64,000 nucleotides of DNA from Octopus bimaculoides (lineage: Eukaryota): NCBI RefSeq assembly GCF_001194135.2, contig NC_069005.1, positions 30,357,657-30,421,656 of the forward strand, read 5' to 3'. Below, piece by piece: positions 54,926 through 64,000 of this stretch; the stretch's first letter is position 1, and every line of letters starts with the position of its first letter. The notes beneath the pieces are model-generated. The model had not been told where the DNA came from. It did not search any database and was given only the letters and a program-made list of their open reading frames with translations. Position numbers and translations under genes: made by a program.

Positions 54926-55143
54926 GGGGGTAGCTGATGAAGGAAAATGTTCTCTATGTGGCCTGTGTATGTTCTGTACTCTGGTTATTATTATTTTTTT
55001 GTCTACGTTTTGTTTGCAATGTCCTGTACCCAGATATGCACCTATATATACAGGTAGACATAGGTATGCACATACCTGTACGTATATATATGCATATACT
55101 CATTTATTATTTGTTTTATATATATACATATATATATATATAT
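54926..55143 (+). repeat. About 210-bp dispersed repeat; second copy at 59932-60140
   Basis: Both copies start GGGGGTAGCTGATGAAGGAAAATGTTCTCTATG, end in (TA)n, and are highly similar throughout. Confidence 0.9.
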
Positions 55144-56448
55144 AAACGACAGGCTTCTTTCAGTTTCTGGCTGCCAAATTGATGATGATGATGATGATGA
55201 TGTTGATGATGATGATGATTGTTGAAGCATGGAATTGCATGGCTGCTAGTTCACTCAGTCCACTGAACCCTTCAGAAATTCCATACCTGCTGAAATTCAC
55301 CAACCCCACTTCTGACATATCCATGTACCTTCCCCCCCCCCCCCTTACTCTCCTTTTTATGCTTCATTTCTCTACGTTCTTGTGGTTTTATCCCATGTAT
55401 TATGCATGTACTTTTTTCTAAGCTTTCATTGCAGTTTTTCTCCCCTTGGTGCTATTTTCTGTCCTCCCTTGTGCTCCTTTGCTATGGCCTGTAGCACACC
55501 TCAGAACTGTACTCAACAAGCTCATTTCTTTTAATATAAGCACAGGTGTGATCATGTGATTAAGAAGCTTGCTTTCCAAACACGTGGTCTTCGGTACAGA
55601 ACCACCACATGGTACTTTGGAGGAGAATCTTCAGAATCCTCAATTATAGCTCTAGGCTGACCAAAAACTTTTATGTGGATTTGGGAGATGGAAACTGAAA
55701 GAAGCACACCATAGGCACAGGCATGGCTGTGTGGTAAGAAGCTTGCTTCTCAACCACATGACTCCAGATTCAATTCCACTGCATGACACCTTAAACAAGT
55801 GTCTTCTGTAGACTTGGGCTGACCAAAGCCTTGTGAGTGAATTTGGTAGATGGAAACTGAAAGAAACCCATCTGGCAAAAGAGACTGATAGAATTAGCAA
55901 ATTACTGGGATTGATTTATTCAGCCAAAATGGTGCTCCAGCATGGCTGCTGTCTAATTAGATAAAAGATTTAAAAAATCAATCCATCTATAGGGTGATTA
56001 CATCTGCTAGAAACAACAACCAAATTGACTCAAATTACATGCATGACCTTTCTCAAAAAAGAAAAAAACACACCAAAAAATAACAGGAATGACATTTTGG
56101 CAAATATAGTCACAGACATATAAAAAGATGAGATGGTCATGGCTGGAATGAGGTGTCGCAAAAACACAACAATATGAAGAGCTAGTTTATATGCCAGCCA
56201 CCCACCTACAGCAATGAGCAGTGCCAATATGTTGTACCAATTTGACCGAGACATGTTCGGATATGTCTCTAGTACCTGTGCTGGGGAAATTGGAACTAAT
56301 ACTAATTATTGATTAATATTTGTTCTTATCATCGCTGCACATATGTATATATTTCTAGTTTAGCTTTTTAATGCTCCTGTTGTTAAATATATTAACACAA
56401 TCTTATCAATCTTTCTGTCTGTCCATCCATCCATCAGTCCGTCCGTCC

Positions 56449-56603
<155 letters not shown>

Positions 56604-57599
56604 TGTCTGTCTGCCTATCTGTCAGTCAGTCTTCCATGCTGGCATGGGTATATATATGTATATATATGTGTATATATATATATTATATTATATTTATCTT
56701 ATGATATTTACTTTACTTTATATTATACTCATTTATTGTGCTTTTAATTATTAATTTTTCTATATGTGATAGTGGATTTTCATCGATGAGTTCTTGAAAA
56801 TTGGTTATTTTCCCTAAAACTATATATATATATATATATATNNNNNNNNNNNNNNNNNNNNNNNNNNNNNNNNNNNNNNNNNNNNNNNNNNNNNNNNNNN
56901 NNNNNNNNNNNNNNNNNNNNNNNNNNNNNNNNNNNNNNNNNNNNNNNNNNNNNNNNNNNNNNNNNNNNNNNNNNNNNNNNNNNNNNNNNNNNNNNNNNNN
57001 NNNNNNNNNNNNNNNNNNNNNNNNNNNNNNNNNNNNNNNNNNNNNNNNNNNNNNNNNNNNNNNNNNNNNNNNNNNNNNNNNNNNNNNNNNNNNNNNNNNN
57101 NNNNNNNNNNNNNNNNNNNNNNNNNNNNNNNNNNNNNNNNNNNNNNNNNNNNNNNNNNNNNNNNNNNNNNNNNNNNNNNNNNNNNNNNNNNNNNNNNNNN
57201 NNNNNNNNNNNNNNNNNNNNNNNNNNNNNNNNNNNNNNNNNNNNNNNNNNNNNNNNNNNNNNNNNNNNNNNNNNNNNNNNNNNNNNNNNNNNNNNNNNNN
57301 NNNNNNNNNNNNNNNNNNNNNNNNNNNNNNNNNNNNNNNNNNNNNNNNNNNNNNNNNNNNNNNNNNNNNNNNNNNNNNNNNNNNNNNNNNNNNNNNNNNN
57401 NNNNNNNNNNNNNNNNNNNNNNNNNNNNNNNNNNNNNNNNNNNNNNNNNNNNNNNNNNNNNNNNNNNNNNNNNNNNNNNNNNNNNNNNNNNNNNNNNNNN
57501 NNNNNNNNNNNNNNNNNNNNNNNNNNNNNNNNNNNNNNNNNNNNNNNNNNNNNNTATATATATATGGTAGATAGTCCATTGGTGTCTGATGATGGCAAA

Positions 57600-57986
57600 G
57601 TCTGTGCTCTCAGTGACGTGAGTGCATGTAACTCTGCAGTCCAAAGCTGGAAGCACACAGGTACCCACAGATGTCACTGCGATAGTCTGTTGGCTGGGTT
57701 GAGGCAGATGCTACCCTGTGGTGCCTTTCTCTTGTGGCATGAAGATGCTTTCACTGGTCCTCTATGAAGGCAGCTGCTACTTGTGAAGTGAGAGACCTCA
57801 ATGAAGATCTGTTTGTGGCAGAGGTTTCAAGTTTGCATAATAGAATGCTGCTCCATTTGAGGTTACTTTTCAGAGTGTTTTTGTACCTTGGTTTAGGTCT
57901 TTCTCCTTTGCATTAGCCCTGCATGAGCTCACCATACAACAACTGTCTGGGTACACGGTTGTCTGTCATTCTCATGATATGGACAG
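57600..57986 (-). mobile_element. RTE/BovB-like LINE 3' fragment
   Basis: One frame with two internal stops: HIMRMTDNRVPRQLLYGELMQG*CKGERPKPRYKNTLKSNLK...DICGYLCASSFGLQSYMHSRH*. This matches the RTE C-terminus, including a degenerate terminal zinc-finger-like segment. Confidence 0.85.
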
Positions 57987-58494
57987 AATTTTCAACTCAA
58001 TTCAAATTCAACTAGCTACTCCAAATCCCATATTAGAGTATGCACATAAATGGAGTGAGGTGAGGCTAGTTTGTGCTTACAGGAAAATATTACTTAAAAA
58101 CATTAGAACATATTTGTTTTTATTAATAATAGGCAGAGTGACTCAAGGCCAGAGGGTTTCATTTGTTGGCACTTATCAAACACGGTAACCATTGTCATCA
58201 GTATATAAATATAATGCACTAAATTTGAAACCATGTATGTATGTCTATGTGTGTGTGTGTGTGTGTGATCATTATCACCATCATTTAACGTCCGCTTTCA
58301 GTCATTTGACTGCGGCCATGCTGGAGCACCGCCTTTAGTCAAGAAAATCGACCCCAGGACTTATTGTTTGTAAGCCTAGTACTTATTCTATCGGTCTCTT
58401 TTTGCCGAACCGCTAATTTACAGGGACGTAAACACACCAGCATCGGTTGTCATGCGATGTTGGGGGGACAAACACAGACACACAAACACACATA

Positions 58495-59362
58495 NNNNNN
58501 NNNNNNNNNNNNNNNNNNNNNNNNNNNNNNNNNNNNNNNNNNNNNNNNNNNNNNNNNNNNNNNNNNNNNNNNNNNNNNNNNNNNNNNNNNNNNNNNNNNN
58601 NNNNNNNNNNNNNNNNNNNNNNNNNNNNNNNNNNNNNNNNNNNNNNNNNNNNNNNNNNNNNNNNNNNNNNNNNNNNNNNNNNNNNNNNNNNNNNNNNNNN
58701 NNNNNNNNNNNNNNNNNNNNNNNNNNNNNNNNNNNNNNNNNNNNNNNNNNNNNNNNNNNNNNNNNNNNNNNNNNNNNNNNNNNNNNNNNNNNNNNNNNNN
58801 NNNNNNNNNNNNNNNNNNNNNNNNNNNNNNNNNNNNNNNNNNNNNNNNNNNNNNNNNNNNNNNNNNNNNNNNNNNNNNNNNNNNNNNNNNNNNNNNNNNN
58901 NNNNNNNNNNNNNNNNNNNNNNNNNNNNNNNNNNNNNNNNNNNNNNNNNNNNNNNNNNNNNNNNNNNNNNNNNNNNNNNNNNNNNNNNNNNNNNNNNNNN
59001 NNNNNNNNNNNNNNNNNNNNNNNNNNNNNNNNNNNNNNNNNNNNNNNNNNNNNNNNNNNNNNNNNNNNNNNNNNNNNNNNNNNNNNNNNNNNNNNNNNNN
59101 NNNNNNNNNNNNNNNNNNNNNNNNNNNNNNNNNNNNNNNNNNNNNNNNNNNNNNNNNNNNNNNNNNNNNNNNNNNNNNNNNNNNNNNNNNNNNNNNNNNN
59201 NNNNNNNNNNNNNNNNNNNNNNNNNNNNNNNNNNNNNNNNNNNNNNNNNNNNNNNNNNNNNNNNNNNNNNNNNNNNNNNNNNNNNNNNNNNNNNNNNNNN
59301 NNNNNNNNNNNNNNNNNNNNNNNNNNNNNNNNNNNNNNNNNNNNNNNNNNNNNNNNNNNNNN
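58495..59362. other. Largest assembly gap (others include 6562-6921, 25263-25372, 31396-31680, 44891-45230, 48189-48737, 56842-57554, 62138-62584)
   Basis: N-runs, mostly flanked by microsatellites. Their content is unknown, and one (44891-45230) lies just upstream of the putative promoter. Confidence 1.
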
Positions 59363-60384
59363 CCCCCCCCCAATACATAAATAACAAAACACAGCTTTAC
59401 TCACTCACTCTCTCCCCCCATCTCTTTCCACACGAGATCGAAGGGTACTCGTTACCCGCTTAAAATTTCGGAAAGTGAAAATTCTTGACGCCATTTCAAA
59501 GACGTTTAGCACCTGACGTCTTCTACATCCTGGGATCTATTATATCCAGTAATTTTTAGCAGGTATGTAAAAGATATTGTTTTAAAACACTTTGACTTGT
59601 TTCATTCAAATACTAACATGGTTTTTTTTGGTCCAGACATTTTCAACCCCTAATTTTTATATTTTCAGCATTCGTTTATTATTGTTTTCAAACTTCTTGG
59701 ATTGTTCAATCTTAATGTAGTCTACACTCTAGAAAACGTATTTCTGCAAAGTGTCATTTTAAAATATGTGTAAAGAAAAGGGGTTAATGCCATTTCGTAC
59801 CTCACCTTCAAAAGTGCATTTACAAAAAAAGATTTCTTCGGAAACGTATCTGTGTATATATATATGTGTATGTGTGTATAGATGTGTGTTTATATTTATG
59901 TCTGTGTATATGTATAACGCCGGTGTTAAAAGGGGGTAGCTGATGAAGGAAAATGTTCTCTATGCGGCTTGTGTGTTTTCTGTACTCTGGTTATTATTAT
60001 TTTCTTGTCTACGTTTTGTTTGCAATGTCCTGTACCCATATATGCACCGATATATACAGGTGGACGTAGGTATGCACATACCTGTACGTATATATGCATA
60101 TATTCATTTATTATTTGTTTTATATATATATATATATATAAATATCTATAATATGTATCTATGTCTATATAGATAGATAGAGAGAGAAAGTAATAACAAG
60201 TGAATGAAAATAACCACGGAAGGATTTTAAAACAAGCGTAAAAATAATTGAAGATAAAATGAAACAAAAATGAAGCCAAAACATTAAGATTTATTGAAAG
60301 TGGTTAGAAAAAGACATTAGCTTGTGTAGTAGTACTACGCTAGGGTATCTGTAGACAGTTGAATGTGATTTCAGAATATAACAA

Positions 60385-60755
60385 GGAAAAATTCAGATCT
60401 TGTGAATTTTTCGAGATCCTCTCTCCATCCCCTTGGAAAAGATTTTCCCCACAAATTTCTTTATAATCGTAATGTATGCCGTTTGAAAGGTGTTTCTATA
60501 AAATTTCATTGAAAAAAACCTCCCATATTCCTAAAAGTTAAGAGGGAAAAGCTCGGACCTTGTGAATTTTGTGATGTCGTCTGCTTTCCCCGTTGGAAAA
60601 GATTTTCCCCACAAATTTCTTTATAATCGTAATGTATGCCGTTTAAAAGGCGTTTCTATAAAATTTCATTGAAAAAAACCTCGATATTCCTAAAAGTTAC
60701 GAGGGAAAAGCTCGGATCTTGTGAATTTTCCGAAGTCCTCTCCCTTCCCGTTGCT
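60385..60755. repeat. 160-bp tandem repeat, about 2.3 units
   Basis: GGAAAAGATTTTCCCCACAAATTTC occurs at 60435 and 60595. CTTGTGAATTTT occurs three times at about 160-bp spacing. Confidence 0.85.
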
Positions 60756-61323
60756 TTATTTTTCCTCATATTCGTTTCCTACACAATTTTTTACACCCAT
60801 TCCAGTATTTTCTTTGGATTTTCATTTCCGGATCAAGATGTAAACATTAACCTGTATGTATGTATGTACTTGTTTGTGTCTGTATTTTGTCTTCCCAGCA
60901 TCGCTTGACAACCGATGTTGGTGTGTTTACGTTTCTGTCACCTTCCGGTTCAGCAAAAAGGGACCGACAGAATAAGTACTAGGCTCACAAAGAATAAGTC
61001 CTGGGGTCGATTTGTTCGACTAAACGTGGTGCCCCATGATGGCCGCAGTCAGATGATTGAAACAAAAGAATAAATATATATATAATATTTATATGTATGT
61101 ATATGAGGTTAAAGAAGGTATTGGATTTAAGCAAACCCAAAGATACAGGTAATACCGAAAAAGTGCTGTATACCGGCTAGTTATGCCACAATCGTTGTAT
61201 AAACAATCCTTTTCTCTATTTATATATGTATATATATATATAATATTATGCGGAGATGTATATATATATATATAATATTACGGAGGAGCAAGTGACCTGA
61301 TCTGAGATCGTGTGTTGAAACAA

Positions 61324-61510
61324 AAACAATTGCAGCATGGAAGGTGTTTATAAGCCATTTAAAAACACGGAATTTTGTCAGTGAACAAGGTTGTGGTTTC
61401 AAATCGAGACGAAAATATTTTGACAAATTAAATTTAAATGTCGAAGTGAATCTAACGGTGTTTGTGTGTTTTTAAATGGCTTATACACATCTTCCACGCT
61501 GCAATTGTTT
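61324..61510 (+). mobile_element. Penelope-like pseudo-LTR remnant: 45-bp inverted repeat enclosing a hammerhead-like motif
   Basis: Arms 61324-61368 and 61466-61510 are reverse-complementary at 42/45 positions. The spacer holds TTTGTCA GTGAACA ... GAC GAAA ATAT TT TGACAAA. The Penelope assignment is inference. Confidence 0.45.
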
Positions 61511-61529
61511 ATATATATATATATATATG

Positions 61530-61656
61530 CAGGGTGTCCACAAAGTCTGGGTACATGGAGATTAACACATACTTTAAGAAATTGTTATTTCTTATATTTA
61601 ATTGCTTATGTTACGATTTTATTTACTCCATGCACCCGCACCTTGTGGACACCCTG
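61530..61656. mobile_element. Tc1/mariner MITE (127 bp)
   Basis: 31-bp TIRs CAGGGTGTCCACAAAGTCTGGGTACATGGAG and (reverse complement) CAGGGTGTCCACAAGGTGCGGGTGCATGGAG, 27/31 identical. TA on the right, TG within (TA)n on the left. Confidence 0.8.
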
Positions 61657-62096
61657 TATATATCCCCTGGCACAAAAATACCCACTTCCATGGCACTTTA
61701 CATCTCAGACTGGTATAATGGCTGATTCTCATTTCTTACAGGCCTTGCTCAAAACTACAGTGTAAGATACTTGTTCAAGGCACCATGTTATCAGAATCAA
61801 AACCAGAATAGTTGCAAATCTAATATCTAAACCATCAACTTGTGTCTGCATCTCAACATAAAAGTACAGTTTCTGGAGTGTCTCTCTAGAATTTTCTCTG
61901 TCCGTTTGTCTCTCTCTTTCCCTCTCTCTCGCCACACACTCACAAAATGCAAAAAAAAAAAAAAAGTACAGTATCAAATAAAACATTGTTATTTCTCCAA
62001 ACATCTAAAATTGACTTGGTCTCCCAGTCCTGTCCTTTACTTCTTGTTACAGAAAATAGCTGCGGGAATAATATAAAAATATATATCTATATAAAG

Positions 62097-62137
<41 letters not shown>

Positions 62138-64000
62138 NNNNNNNNNNNNNNNNNNNNNNNNNNNNNNNNNNNNNNNNNNNNNNNNNNNNNNNNNNNNNNN
62201 NNNNNNNNNNNNNNNNNNNNNNNNNNNNNNNNNNNNNNNNNNNNNNNNNNNNNNNNNNNNNNNNNNNNNNNNNNNNNNNNNNNNNNNNNNNNNNNNNNNN
62301 NNNNNNNNNNNNNNNNNNNNNNNNNNNNNNNNNNNNNNNNNNNNNNNNNNNNNNNNNNNNNNNNNNNNNNNNNNNNNNNNNNNNNNNNNNNNNNNNNNNN
62401 NNNNNNNNNNNNNNNNNNNNNNNNNNNNNNNNNNNNNNNNNNNNNNNNNNNNNNNNNNNNNNNNNNNNNNNNNNNNNNNNNNNNNNNNNNNNNNNNNNNN
62501 NNNNNNNNNNNNNNNNNNNNNNNNNNNNNNNNNNNNNNNNNNNNNNNNNNNNNNNNNNNNNNNNNNNNNNNNNNNNNNNNNNNNTATATATATGTATGTA
62601 CATATATATGTGTGTATATATATATATATGTATGTACATATATATGTGTATATATATATATATATGCATATATATGTACATATATATATGTATATATATT
62701 CATATACATATATACGCACACACACATATACATATACAGTGTTAAATTTTTGGAGTTACACACTAAAGTGTATATGTAGGCATGCATGTGTATATAAATA
62801 TATGCATTCATATATATATGTATATTCATACATATATGCATACACATGCACACATACACATAATATAAATATATATGTATATATGTGTGTGTGTATATAT
62901 ATATATATATATAAATATATGGATAGATTAATATAAACAGTGTAATGAAAAAAATAGGCTGCATAAACAACTAAAGAAAAGTGTGTGTGTGGGGGGGGGG
63001 TAATAAGCCAAAAAACTCATTAAACTGCCCAATAATTAGATTTCATTGGTTGCTCTTGAATTGCTAAGTCAATATGTAATTTATTGATTGGTAAATCGCT
63101 GAGCATTAAGTATTGATTTGGTTTTTTTTTCTTACAGGAAGAGAGAAAATAACTAGGCAAATGGACATTAAACCTGTTGAATTTGAGGGAAAATTTATTA
63201 GGTAAATAGTATATACATGCTATGTATGTTAGCATGTGTGGGCGTATGTATGTTAGATGGTGTTCATGTATGTGTGTGTGTGTGTGATGTGTATGTGTGT
63301 GTGTGTGTGTGATGTGTATATGTATGTGTGTGATGATTATGTGTATATGTGTGTGTGTGATATGGTGGTGTGTAGTAAGAAGCTTGCTTNNNNNNNNNNG
63401 TTAGTGAGGGAGCATAAATGAAAATTTATATATTTTTGCTGTTGATGAAATTTTAACCATAGATATTAGACACAAATGAAGTAATATTTCTAAAATTTCA
63501 ACTTCTTAGGAGTTAGTAAGACCTCTTAATGGGGGCTTAACCCCCACAATTTAGTCATTTTCCCTAAGCCAGGATGAATACAATTCTAGTCTTGGAAGCT
63601 CTAGACTCACCCGAGCATACAAGATGAGCGTTATTTGTAATTCAATGGTACAACACAGTAAGAGTTTGCTTTGAGATATACTTAGCTTGTGATTTCTGCA
63701 ATGTGGTGCATAAATTGTCAATTAAAGGAGAGGCATCTTTGCCTCCACTGATTCAGTTGCAAAGTGTTGAGTAAAGTTATTTGGTTGCAGATCTCCTTTG
63801 AGTCTTTTTATTATCACTGGGTCAAACATAGTCCCCAAATGGTAACATTGATTTCAAGGCCTTCCCAGATAAGTGACTGGTTATTCAAAGACAATTATAG
63901 ATTGCAAATTTATTCTGTCCAGTTACCTATCAGCATAGTGATCATTGGCAAACTCCAGAGGTGACACTTTCATTTCCCCTCAGCCTTCATGTCACACAGT

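Noticed and set aside
54934-54953. CTGATGAAGGAAAATGTTC (also at 59940) as a hammerhead core
   Set aside because: There are only 2 nt between CUGAUGA and GAAA, so no stem II can form, and stem I does not register.

Overview
AT-rich eukaryotic scaffold sequence with many microsatellites and 17 N-gaps. The SINE and MITE families look like those of an octopus (coleoid cephalopod) genome; this is an inference, no search was run. The only protein-coding gene I can support is the 5' part of a sarco/endoplasmic reticulum Ca2+-ATPase (SERCA, P2A-ATPase) on the minus strand. Four coding exons were found by hand: 43729-43612 (118 nt), 16340-16323 (18-nt microexon), 10582-10500 (83 nt) and 542-438 (105 nt). 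All introns are GT-AG (27.3, 5.7 and 10.0 kb). The exons splice into 108 aa: [108 protein letters not shown]. The gene continues beyond base 1. The rest is intron and upstream sequence filled with tRNA-headed SINEs, RTE and Tx1 LINE fragments, mariner/pogo/piggyBac/hAT MITEs and simple repeats. Nearly all ORFs in the supplied track are artefacts of microsatellites or N-runs. The leads most worth testing, all hypotheses: (1) a hammerhead-ribozyme-like motif with a swapped G3:C8 core pair inside a 45-bp inverted repeat; (2) an ERSE-like plus CRE motif cluster upstream of SERCA; (3) a 22-nt complementarity between the putative 5' UTR and the microexon acceptor; (4) AG|GT recursive-splice-like sites in intron 1; (5) a CpG-retaining domain inside intron 1; (6) an internally deleted RTE element that keeps both ends.
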